A stretch of 64,000 nt of DNA, taken from the NCBI GenBank assembly GCA_021787595.1, contig JAJYLQ010000003.1, positions 80,852-144,851 of the forward strand, given 5' to 3'. The translations under genes and the position numbers were made by a program. This DNA comes from Chloroflexota bacterium (GTDB lineage: Bacteria > Chloroflexota > Anaerolineae > Anaerolineales > Villigracilaceae). Every line of letters begins with the position of its first letter. Position 1 is the stretch's first letter. A model generated the notes under the pieces. That model worked only from the letters and a program-made list of their open reading frames with translations, was not told the DNA's origin and did no database searches. Below, one piece after another: positions 56,544 to 64,000 of this stretch.

Positions 56544-57800
56544 TTACTTTCTCCGCCTCGGTGCTAAACGATTATGCCCATAATGTGTCGGCGTGGGGGC
56601 AGGACGCGGCGGGCGGCGGGAGTCGCCGCGGGGTGCGCCCCTGCCGCGGGTGCCGGGAGCCGGTTTCGGCGGCGCGGGAACCGTGTAATTGAATCCTTCG
56701 AGGGTCTCGCGTTTAATGGGTCCGCCCATGATGCGTTCGAGGGTCCGGATCATGTCGTTGTCATCCGGCGTGACCAGTGTGAACGCGTCGCCGGTGCGTT
56801 CGGCGCGGCCCGTGCGTCCGATGCGATGGATGTACGCGTCGGCGGTGTCGGGCATGTCGTAATTGATGACGTGCGAGATGCTTTCCACGTCGAGGCCGCG
56901 CGCCGCGATATCGGTCGCGACCATGATGTCATGCGCGCCGGACTTGAAGCCTTTGAGCGCGGACTGGCGCTGGCCCTGCGTGCGATCTCCGTGCAAACTC
57001 GTCACCTTGAAACCCGCGCGATGAATCTGCTGCGCCACTTTTTGAGCGCGATATTTTGTGCGCGTAAAAACCAGCACCGACTCGGTCTCCGTCCGTTTGA
57101 GCAATTCGATCAACAACGCAGACTTCAAATGCTGCGGCACGGGATACAGCGCGTGCGTCACGGTGTGTGCGGGACGGCTGATGCCCATCGAAATTTTTTG
57201 CGGCTGCTTGAGCGCTTGCGAGGCGAGCAATTCAACGTCGGCGGGAAAAGTGGCCGAGAACATCATCGTCTGCCGCTGCATTGGCACGGCTTTGACGATG
57301 CGCCGCACGTCGGGCAGGAAGCCCATATCGAACATGCGGTCGGCTTCATCCAGCACAAGGATTTCGATGCGATTCATTTTTGCATGACCTTGTTGGATGA
57401 GATCGAGCAGACGTCCCGGACACGCGACCAAAATCTCTGTGCCGTTTCTCAATGCCTGGATTTGCGGCCCGGCTCCGACCCCGCCGTAAATGGTCACACT
57501 TCTGAGCTTTGTCCCCGCTGACAGCATGCGGATCACATCATTGATCTGCTCGGCCAGCTCGCGCGTCGGCGTGACGATCAGCGCGCGCGGCACACCGCGT
57601 TGGCCGTCGAGCAGTTTGTTCAAAATGGGCAGCACGAATGCGGCGGTCTTGCCTGTGCCCGTCTGCGCGGTGCCAATCAGATCGCGTCCGCGCAGTGCGG
57701 CGGGGATGGCGGCTTCCTGGATTGGCGTGGCGGTTTCATATCCGGCCTTTTTGATTCCAACCATTAAGCGGGAATCCAAATTGAATTGTTCGAAGTTCAC
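56544..57800 (-). CDS. DEAD-box ATP-dependent RNA helicase with Arg/Pro-rich tail
   Basis: Motifs AQTGTGKTAAF, DEAD, SAT, HRIGRTGRA. Confidence 0.9.
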   Translation of the reverse strand: MNFEQFNLDSRLMVGIKKAGYETATPIQEAAIPAALRGRDLIGTAQTGTGKTAAFVLPILNKLLDGQRGVPRALIVTPTRELAEQINDVIRMLSAGTKLRSVTIYGGVGAGPQIQALRNGTEILVACPGRLLDLIQQGHAKMNRIEILVLDEADRMFDMGFLPDVRRIVKAVPMQRQTMMFSATFPADVELLASQALKQPQKISMGISRPAHTVTHALYPVPQHLKSALLIELLKRTETESVLVFTRTKYRAQKVAQQIHRAGFKVTSLHGDRTQGQRQSALKGFKSGAHDIMVATDIAARGLDVESISHVINYDMPDTADAYIHRIGRTGRAERTGDAFTLVTPDDNDMIRTLERIMGGPIKRETLEGFNYTVPAPPKPAPGTRGRGAPRGDSRRPPRPAPTPTHYGHNRLAPRRRK

Positions 57801-57924
57801 AAGTTTCCTATTCTTCAGAAGTCATACAGATGTCGGGGAATTGAGCGGATGCCCAAACGAAAACAGCGGTGGACTGCTGATGTTGTTTTGATTGATAGTA
57901 TAAAAGGATTATACACTTTATTTT

Positions 57925-57986
57925 GAGATTGCCACGCTGAAAGAACACAGTGTTGGCGCTCGCCTATAGCTCGCTCGCAATGACAT
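57925..57986. repeat. Family-A half element (right arm only)
   Basis: GAGATTGCCACG...CTCGCAATGACAT with no left arm. Overlaps the 3' end of the methyltransferase gene. Confidence 0.6.
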
Positions 57987-58866
57987 CCCTAACTCTCGCC
58001 AGAAAATCCATTTGATGCGCGATGTAAACCAACTCGCCGCGTTCGATTTGTCCGCGCCGCTTCGATAACCAATCCGCAAAAGCCGGCGCGTTCAAATCCT
58101 TGTGTCCCGTCAATGACTCTTCGAAGAAATGCAAAATGAAATTTAAAAAATACGCTTCGTCGCCGGGATATTTTCCACTCACAGAATGAACCACCCAATC
58201 CGACGCGCCTGCCGCGAGAATCTTTGCGCCTGCCGATTGCAAATGCGAAAACAAATGCCGCCCGGCGCGGCTGTCACCGCCGGTCCGCCGCGCGTCCATC
58301 GTTTCGTGATACAGCCGCTCGATCTGCTCATCCAGCGCGGGGTCAATCGTCGGCTCGAACGTCGTCACGCCGTCGAAGTTGATCGTCAGCCACGCGAGAT
58401 TTTTTGTGAGCGACAAAAGCTTCGGCATACTCTCCGGCATCGGAAGCAAATCCAGCAAAGCGTGCGCGATCAACAAATCCGCGGGCGCGGGCCTGCTTTG
58501 GACGAAATCGAAGACGTCTGCGCGCTCGAGGCGGATGCGGACATCCCGGCTTTGATCGAACACCCGGATTTGATTCTGCTCGACGCTTTCCGCCCTCAAA
58601 CCGGATTCCGTTGCCCATTTCGGAATCCACTCTGACGCATATTCGATGTTCTCCGCCATCGCATCCACGTGGACATAATCGGCTTGCGTGATGATCCCCC
58701 ACGAGAGCAGGCGCGCCAGCATGCTGCCCATCCCCGCGCCGGCTTCGATGATTCGAATCGGCAGCTTCGGCAGGTTTGTTTTCAACGCTTCGATCACATG
58801 ACGATTGAGCGCGCGGTCATCCACGGTTTGTTTGGCGAGAAGATAACGAGGAAATGAATGTTCCAT
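57964..58866 (-). CDS. Class-I SAM-dependent methyltransferase
   Basis: Motif I IIEAGAGMGSM. ATG at 58866. The ORF-track extension upstream lies in a repeat. Confidence 0.6.
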   Translation of the reverse strand: MEHSFPRYLLAKQTVDDRALNRHVIEALKTNLPKLPIRIIEAGAGMGSMLARLLSWGIITQADYVHVDAMAENIEYASEWIPKWATESGLRAESVEQNQIRVFDQSRDVRIRLERADVFDFVQSRPAPADLLIAHALLDLLPMPESMPKLLSLTKNLAWLTINFDGVTTFEPTIDPALDEQIERLYHETMDARRTGGDSRAGRHLFSHLQSAGAKILAAGASDWVVHSVSGKYPGDEAYFLNFILHFFEESLTGHKDLNAPAFADWLSKRRGQIERGELVYIAHQMDFLARVRDVIASEL

Positions 58867-58874
58867 GCTTTTCC

Positions 58875-58960
58875 ATGTCGTTGCGAGGAGTGGCGCCTTT
58901 GGCGCCGCGATGAAGCAATCTCCCGTTTCTATGATAAACGAGATTGCCACTCACAATGAA
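58875..58960. repeat. Family-A palindromic repeat (degenerate right arm)
   Basis: ATGTCGTTGCGAGGAGTGGCGCCTTTGGCGCCGCGATGAAGCAATCTC ... GAGATTGCCACTCACAATGAAG. Confidence 0.7.
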
Positions 58961-58964
58961 GTGT

Positions 58965-59522
58965 TTACGTCAAATGTTGAATCAAAATTCTCAAGCCAAT
59001 GCCGATCAAAACGATCCCGCCGATGATCTCGACGGGCTTTCCAAATCCACTGCCCAGATTGCTTCCGATTCGCAGATCGACAAGCGAAAGCGCGCTCGTC
59101 ACCACGCCGATAATAATCGCCGGATACCAAACGAGAGTTCCCAGCACGCCGAGGCTTAACCCGACCGCCAGCGCGTCAACGCTGACCGCGATGGATAACA
59201 GGACCAGCGTCCAGCCCCGCGAAGGATCGGCGACGCGCTTTTCATCTTCCCCATGCAAGGCCGAATAAACCATCCGCCCGCCGACAAACGCCAACAGGCC
59301 AAACGCAATCCAATGATCATAGTTTCGAATGATCGGCTCGATGGTTGTGCCAACCAGCCAGCCGGCCACAGGCATGATGAATTGAAACAGCCCAAAATGG
59401 AATGACAATCGAAACGCGGGACGCGGTCCGTGCGTTTTCTCAAGTGTGCCCGCCGCGAGGCAAACCGCGAACGCGTCCATAGCCATGCTGAGGGAAATGA
59501 GAAGAATCTCAATGAAGGGCAT
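58965..59522 (-). CDS. mntP: Manganese efflux pump MntP
   Basis: SMAMDAFAVCLAAG and SVDALAVGLSLG duplicated DUF204 motifs. 6 TM. Confidence 0.85.
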   Translation of the reverse strand: MPFIEILLISLSMAMDAFAVCLAAGTLEKTHGPRPAFRLSFHFGLFQFIMPVAGWLVGTTIEPIIRNYDHWIAFGLLAFVGGRMVYSALHGEDEKRVADPSRGWTLVLLSIAVSVDALAVGLSLGVLGTLVWYPAIIIGVVTSALSLVDLRIGSNLGSGFGKPVEIIGGIVLIGIGLRILIQHLT

Positions 59523-59530
59523 AGTGTCAC

Positions 59531-59567
59531 TGCAAAGTTTACGGATTATAGCTGATTATGGGAATGA
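59531..59567. repeat. Imperfect direct repeat, left copy, flanking hicB
   Basis: TGCAAAGTTTACGGATTATAGCTGATTATGGGAATGA versus TGCAAAGTTTTTGGACTAGAGCTGATTATCGGGTGAG at 59892. Confidence 0.55.
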
Positions 59568-59609
59568 TATAATTTAGTCATGCTTCTGGCGGCGGCTGAA
59601 CACGAAGTC

Positions 59610-59834
59610 ATGGCAACTATATATCGCTTTCTTATTGTCATTGAAAAAGCAAATGGTAATTACTCTGGCCATTGTCCCGATTTGCCCGGTTGTGTTGCGA
59701 CAGGCAAGACGCGCGAAGAAACCGAGCGCAACATGCACGAAGCCGTTGAATTACATGTGCAAGGTATGATCGAAGATAAATTACCAATTCCTGAAAGCAC
59801 TGCAATGGCAGAATATATCGCGGTAACCATGTAA
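59610..59834 (+). CDS. hicB: HicB-family antitoxin (UPF0150), no adjacent hicA seen
   Basis: YRFLIVIEKANGNYSGHCPDLPGCVATGKTREETERNMHEAVELH is the HicB N-terminal fold signature. Confidence 0.7.
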   Translation: MATIYRFLIVIEKANGNYSGHCPDLPGCVATGKTREETERNMHEAVELHVQGMIEDKLPIPESTAMAEYIAVTM

Positions 59835-59852
59835 TTGGAATTGAATATGAGA

Positions 59853-59885
59853 AGACTTCCGAAGTCTTATAGACTTCGGAAGTCT
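59853..59885. repeat. Perfect 15-bp inverted repeat with 3-nt loop after hicB
   Basis: AGACTTCCGAAGTCT-TAT-AGACTTCGGAAGTCT. Each arm is itself near-palindromic. Confidence 0.7.
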
Positions 59886-59891
59886 AAAGCC

Positions 59892-59928
59892 TGCAAAGTT
59901 TTTGGACTAGAGCTGATTATCGGGTGAG
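59892..59928. repeat. Imperfect direct repeat, right copy, flanking hicB
   Basis: See 59531-59567. About 30 of 36 positions match by manual alignment. Confidence 0.55.
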
Positions 59929-60082
59929 ATCGAATTGGGAAAAACATAATTTTAGTGAGAATGTTTCGCAGCATGATCTGCACGATCCATGGAATTATGT
60001 TGCATGGGCATGGAACCTCTTTATACCGATGACATGAACATCAGTTAGCATCTATTCCTCAAAGCATAAGTAGAAAAACATC

Positions 60083-61282
60083 ATGAATGAATATCATGTG
60101 AGTCTACAGCCTGAATCTCTGATGACACATATGAAAGCCATCTGCAAGGGAATTGGTCCACGCCCATCAGCATCGGAAAAGGAAAAGCAGGCAGCGGACT
60201 ACGTAGAAAAAACCGTGCGGCAGTTCGGTATTACGAACATCGAAAGGCAACTCTTCAAGACTCAGAATTCACCAGGATGGATTGAAATTCCATGTCTGAT
60301 GGCAGGGTTATTCGGTATTGCGTTCGCCATGGTGGGCGGCTTATGGGGAAAATGGATTGGCAGCATCTTACTATTGAGCAGTGCGCTGGTCTTCCAACGC
60401 TTCCTGTTTGTTATACCGCCTTTTTTCAATAAATTAATCACCCGCTGGTCAAGTCAAAATGTGATTGTCAAAGTTCCAGCGGCGAATCAGGCGCAGCGAA
60501 CTATTTATCTAGCTGGACATCTTGACAGCCAAAAACAACGGTTTCAATTTCCTCCATCTCCATTCTGGATGATGAAAATCCAGACAAGTCTTACTGTCGT
60601 TGCAGGGATAATAGGAAGTATTTTGTTGTTGGTGGATATTTTGAGCAATCATCCAACATCCCTTTATTGGCTGGCGCTGTTGGGTTTTCTATACTTATAT
60701 GGATTATTGAGTTTGATCTATGATGAAACACAACCCCATGTGGAAGGCGCAAACGACAATGCAACAGCGATAAGTGTATTGCTTGCCATGGCACAGGCGT
60801 TAAGAGATCAGCCTTTACAAACAACCGATGTTGTCTTGCTGTTTACTGGCAGTGAAGAAGCAGGTTGCACAGGGATGGAAAGTTATCTGAAGCAATACTC
60901 GCCTTCCAAAGAAAACACCTTTTGGATTGACATCGAGATGGTCGGCACGGGAAACTTATGCTATATCACTCGACACGGCGTTTCTTACTTGAGCACATAC
61001 TTGCCTCATCCTGATATGGTTGCATTTGCAGAACAAACCGCCCATAAAAATCCACACCTGAGGGTAACCGGAAAAGACATGGTCATCATCGAAGAAGTCG
61101 CCAACCTTTGGAAAAGGGATTATAAGGCGATATGTATTGCTGGATATAACACGGATGGAGTCTTGCCCAATTGGCATCGCTTGTCGGATAACCTAAGCAA
61201 TATTGAACCAGCTACATTGAGCCGAGCTGCATTCTATGTCTGGATGTTGATGCAAGAGATAGACCGATCAAACAGTAGTTAA
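60083..61282 (+). CDS. M28-family zinc peptidase with inserted TM helices
   Basis: AGHLDS, NDNATAISVLL and FTGSEEAGCTG metal-ligand blocks. Several hydrophobic helices between the blocks. Confidence 0.7.
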   Translation: MNEYHVSLQPESLMTHMKAICKGIGPRPSASEKEKQAADYVEKTVRQFGITNIERQLFKTQNSPGWIEIPCLMAGLFGIAFAMVGGLWGKWIGSILLLSSALVFQRFLFVIPPFFNKLITRWSSQNVIVKVPAANQAQRTIYLAGHLDSQKQRFQFPPSPFWMMKIQTSLTVVAGIIGSILLLVDILSNHPTSLYWLALLGFLYLYGLLSLIYDETQPHVEGANDNATAISVLLAMAQALRDQPLQTTDVVLLFTGSEEAGCTGMESYLKQYSPSKENTFWIDIEMVGTGNLCYITRHGVSYLSTYLPHPDMVAFAEQTAHKNPHLRVTGKDMVIIEEVANLWKRDYKAICIAGYNTDGVLPNWHRLSDNLSNIEPATLSRAAFYVWMLMQEIDRSNSS

Positions 61283-61299
61283 CATGCTTTAGGCTTCTC

Positions 61300-63003
61300 T
61301 TACTTATGTTTCCAAATCGTAAAGTCTTTCAAAACCGAGCCGCCGATAAATTCGCGCACGATGGAGTTTTCGGGAATCATATCGGCTTCAATAGGCAGGA
61401 ACCATTCGAGGAACGCCAGCAAGCGTTTGGCTTCGATATATTCCGGCGTGCCGTGAGAGACTTGTCGCAATAACGGCTCGACAAATGGTTTGAGGGCGGA
61501 AAGTTCATAGACCAATGCAGAGTTGAACATCACATCCGCGTTCTCTTGATAAGGAAAGATTTGTTTCTTCTCGCCGCGTCGCACGGATTCCCAACGCGAG
61601 ATGGTCTGCGCGGCGTTGTAACCGCGGTCATGCGAGTCACGCACGATGCGGCGAATGAGACGCGTGTCAGTGGTCGAGACGCGGTTGTGGCGGTCGAGGT
61701 TGAGCTGAGTCAGGGCGGAGGCATAAATCTTAAACGCGCGCCCAGCCAGCATCGGAGGCAGGAGGCGGGGATCGAGTCCGTGGATGCCTTCCATGATGAT
61801 CGGCTGTCCGCGCCGCAGTTGGATGTGTTCGCCCGGTTCAGGCTTCCCGGCTTTGAAGTTGTAACGCGGCAATCGAACCTTTTTGCCATCGAGAATTTGT
61901 TCGAGGTCTTCGGCAAGCCGCGCAAGGTCGAGCGCCTCGAGCGCTTCGAAATCGGGTTTACCGTCTTCACCAAGAGGCGTGTCTTCGCGCGAGAGAAAAT
62001 AATTATCAAGCTCAAGTGGATACGGTGAAATGCCGAGCGCCAGCAATTGAACCGTGAGGCGGCGCGAAAAAGTGGTCTTGCCCGAGGACGATGGCCCGGC
62101 GATGAGAACAATATGCGCGCTCTTCGCGGCAATCTGGCGCGCGATCTCAGCCACGTTTTGTTCGTGCAACGCTTCGGAGACCAATACCAGCTCATGCGCG
62201 CGTCCCGATTGAATCGCATCGTTCAACGCGCCGACGTTGCCAATGCCGAGATGTTCGAGCCAGTCGCCATATTGGCGAAAAGCATTCAGCAATTTCGGAT
62301 ATGCCGCGACCGGTTCAAGTTCAGTGGGCGCGTGGCGGCGCGGAAAGCGAAGTGTGAAGCCGCCGTTGGTTGCGAACAGATCAAACCATTTTAAATAACC
62401 GGTTGAAGGCACCATGTAGCCATGATGATAATCCATGCGTTCGCCGAGGCGATACAAGGTCAGATAATCTTTGCGGCGATAATTGAGCAAGCGGACTTTG
62501 TCATCATAGCCAAGAGACTTGAAGTAATCAACCGCTTCCTGCAAAGGGATTTCTTTTTTCTCGAACGGCAGATCAGCTTTGATCAATTCCTGCATGTGCG
62601 ATTTGAGATTCGCAAGTTCTTCATCCGACAACGGCTTGCGCCCGCTGACCTGGCAATAATAACCGCCAAACGAAATCGAGTGGTCAATCGTCAGCTTGGC
62701 TTTTGGAAAGAGATCGGCAAAAGCCATCTCCATCAGGAAGTTCAGCGAGCGGCGATAGATCAATGCGCCGTCCGAGTCGGACATGGTAATTGGGCGGACC
62801 TGCGAATCCATTTTGATCGGATACGTGAGCTCGCGCAATTCATCGTCCACATCTGCGGCGACGACCGGCGCGGGAAATTCAGCGGCCTCGAGAAAATTTC
62901 CGACCGCCGCGCCGCGCGGGCCAGATAGAACGCGCCCGTCAGGGAGATGGATTTCCACTTCGGGGCGCGGGTTAACAAGACGAAATTTTGTGATTGCGTT
63001 CAT
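61300..63003 (-). CDS. TGS-domain / uridine-kinase-family (PRK/Udk-like) fusion protein
   Basis: N-terminal TGS-like EVEIHLPDGRVLSG. P-loop IAGPSSSGKTTF with a Udk-like C-terminal region. Confidence 0.6.
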   Translation of the reverse strand: MNAITKFRLVNPRPEVEIHLPDGRVLSGPRGAAVGNFLEAAEFPAPVVAADVDDELRELTYPIKMDSQVRPITMSDSDGALIYRRSLNFLMEMAFADLFPKAKLTIDHSISFGGYYCQVSGRKPLSDEELANLKSHMQELIKADLPFEKKEIPLQEAVDYFKSLGYDDKVRLLNYRRKDYLTLYRLGERMDYHHGYMVPSTGYLKWFDLFATNGGFTLRFPRRHAPTELEPVAAYPKLLNAFRQYGDWLEHLGIGNVGALNDAIQSGRAHELVLVSEALHEQNVAEIARQIAAKSAHIVLIAGPSSSGKTTFSRRLTVQLLALGISPYPLELDNYFLSREDTPLGEDGKPDFEALEALDLARLAEDLEQILDGKKVRLPRYNFKAGKPEPGEHIQLRRGQPIIMEGIHGLDPRLLPPMLAGRAFKIYASALTQLNLDRHNRVSTTDTRLIRRIVRDSHDRGYNAAQTISRWESVRRGEKKQIFPYQENADVMFNSALVYELSALKPFVEPLLRQVSHGTPEYIEAKRLLAFLEWFLPIEADMIPENSIVREFIGGSVLKDFTIWKHK

Positions 63004-63039
63004 AGCCTACAAGGAGGCGTATTGTATCACCACTTATCG

Positions 63040-63127
63040 AGTTGGCAGGTTTGAAAGTTGGAAAGTTTGATAGTTGGCAGGGTCGAAAGGTCGAAGATTG
63101 AAATATGCTGACATGCAAACTTTCTGA
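63040..63127. repeat. Family-C repeat
   Basis: GTTGGCAGGTTTGAAAGTTGGAAAGTTTGATAGTTGGCAGG... units. Confidence 0.55.
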
Positions 63128-63535
63128 TTACGGCCCTGAAACGACAACTGTAACGTAAACAAATTTTATGGGCGGCCGGCATCCCATGGGCGCATTGGGG
63201 CAGGGAACTGGCACGATTGAACGTAGCGTTGTTGTTCCAGGCGTCACAGCTTCGTAACGTTCCTGCCCAGGCTTCATCCCAGTTGAATTCGGCAAGCGTC
63301 TCAAAATGTTTTCATCGCGAATGGTGATTGGCGAATCATCCTCAGGCAATTTATCAAGTATAAAAATGTCGCCGACAGAAAGCTCCAGTGTCTGACCGTA
63401 ATCAATTGAAGTTATTTCCTTCGCCCGCCATAGAGGCGTACGCGTGGGTTCGGGCGTATCAAGCACAAAGGTAACAAAAGGAGTTGCAGTGTTGCCTGGA
63501 ACAGTAGATCGAACTCTCTGATTGCAGCCAGCCAA
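63128..63535 (-). CDS. Putative secreted lipoprotein, unknown function. Signal peptide displaced by a frameshift.
   Basis: The track ORF starts at a TTG inside LAGC. The in-frame upstream sequence reads KKLLFCILITVALAGC but has no start codon. An ATG (63582) lies in another frame before an A-run. Confidence 0.5.
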   Translation of the reverse strand: MAGCNQRVRSTVPGNTATPFVTFVLDTPEPTRTPLWRAKEITSIDYGQTLELSVGDIFILDKLPEDDSPITIRDENILRRLPNSTGMKPGQERYEAVTPGTTTLRSIVPVPCPNAPMGCRPPIKFVYVTVVVSGP

Positions 63536-63657
63536 AGCAACTGTTATTAGAATACAAAAAAGGAGTTTTTTTGTTTCTTCATTTTATAAACCGCCGCCGC
63601 TCCACAGGAGCGCTTCGCGGAGGATGGCAGCTTGAGCTAATTTGATTGGCATGTTTA

Positions 63658-63700
63658 ACGTTGAAACCTGCCAACCTGTAAACCTTCTAACTTTTCAACA
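63658..63700. repeat. Family-C repeat, inverted relative to 63040
   Basis: TTGAAACCTGCCAAC is the reverse complement of GTTGGCAGGTTTCAA (compare 63041-63055). Confidence 0.5.
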
Positions 63701-64000
63701 GCGCGAGCAGTTTCTCCGGCTGATGGGCAAACTCGTCTAACGGGATTTCGCCGCGCGTCAATGACATCAGCGTTTCGGTCAGGGTTTTGTTGACGGGCGT
63801 CGGCACGCCGAACTTCTCCCCCGCCCGGACAACCGCGCCGTGCAAATATTCCACTTCCGATTTGCCGCGGCCCGAATGCAGATCAATGTGGAAGGACGGC
63901 ATCTTCGCGCCGCGTCCGCTGCCGGCCGCGCGGGCAAGCAACGGTTTGGATAACCACAAAGGCAGACGCGCCGCAAATGCCAACGCACGCGCGGGCGTGC
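63687..64000 (-). CDS. Ketopantoate-reductase-family protein, C-terminal part (5' end outside the window)
   Basis: MPSFHIDLHSGRGKSEVEYLHGAVVRAGEKFGVPTPVN matches the ApbA/PanE C-terminal domain pattern. Frame open to the window edge. Confidence 0.6.
   Translation of the reverse strand, partial: TPARALAFAARLPLWLSKPLLARAAGSGRGAKMPSFHIDLHSGRGKSEVEYLHGAVVRAGEKFGVPTPVNKTLTETLMSLTRGEIPLDEFAHQPEKLLALLKS

Noticed and set aside
2762-58960. Whether the recurring palindromic repeats form a CRISPR array.
   Set aside because: The copies are kilobases apart, are individually long hairpins rather than short direct repeats with regular spacers, and no cas genes are present.
59523-59609. A possible yybP-ykoY manganese riboswitch upstream of mntP.
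   Set aside because: Only 87 nt separate mntP from the divergent hicB cassette. I saw none of the conserved riboswitch helices or motifs there.

Overview
G+C-rich bacterial chromosomal segment, densely coded with many overlapping start/stop junctions. Gene content and repeat families suggest a Chloroflexota-like organism, but that is inference only.

Gene content, left to right:
- A NuoB-NuoCD-NuoI module followed by an Mrp/ApbC Fe-S carrier.
- tRNA-Ser(GGA).
- A MacAB-like efflux module with a Gly-rich lipoprotein and an OmpR/HAMP-kinase pair.
- A complete minus-strand alternative complex III (ACIII) locus: actA, split actB, actC, actD, followed by two multi-domain cytochrome c genes.
- Housekeeping genes: M48 protease, panE, a cysteine hydrolase.
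- An AT-rich type II restriction-modification pair.
- A decayed MNT/HEPN cassette inserted at the 3' end of an RNase HI gene.
- A glycosyltransferase / PTPS / dehydrogenase / UPF0104 / acyltransferase cluster.
- clpS and two tandem aldo-keto reductases.
- An oorDABC-type 2-oxoacid:ferredoxin oxidoreductase operon.
- A sulfatase coupled to a GT-C membrane protein.
- A thiolase and a DegT aminotransferase.
- A ProRS-derived protein that lacks the catalytic core.
- A DUF4258/DUF2283 pair joined to a bactofilin gene.
- fabI, mpg, envelope-glycan genes, a RAYT-type (IS200-like) transposase and a DEAD-box helicase.
- mntP, an orphan hicB cassette, an M28 peptidase and a TGS-uridine-kinase-like gene.

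The intergenic space carries several palindromic repeat families. One is a clear roughly 132-bp MITE with terminal inverted repeats and 7-bp target-site duplications.

No CRISPR array, rRNA, integrase or prophage was seen.

Limits:
- All calls come from motif recognition by eye. No searches were run.
- The ORF track uses ATG/GTG/TTG starts, and I trimmed several N-terminal extensions.
- At three starts (29815, 34486, 37855) my hand position count differed by 1 nt from the ORF track. I kept the track frame.
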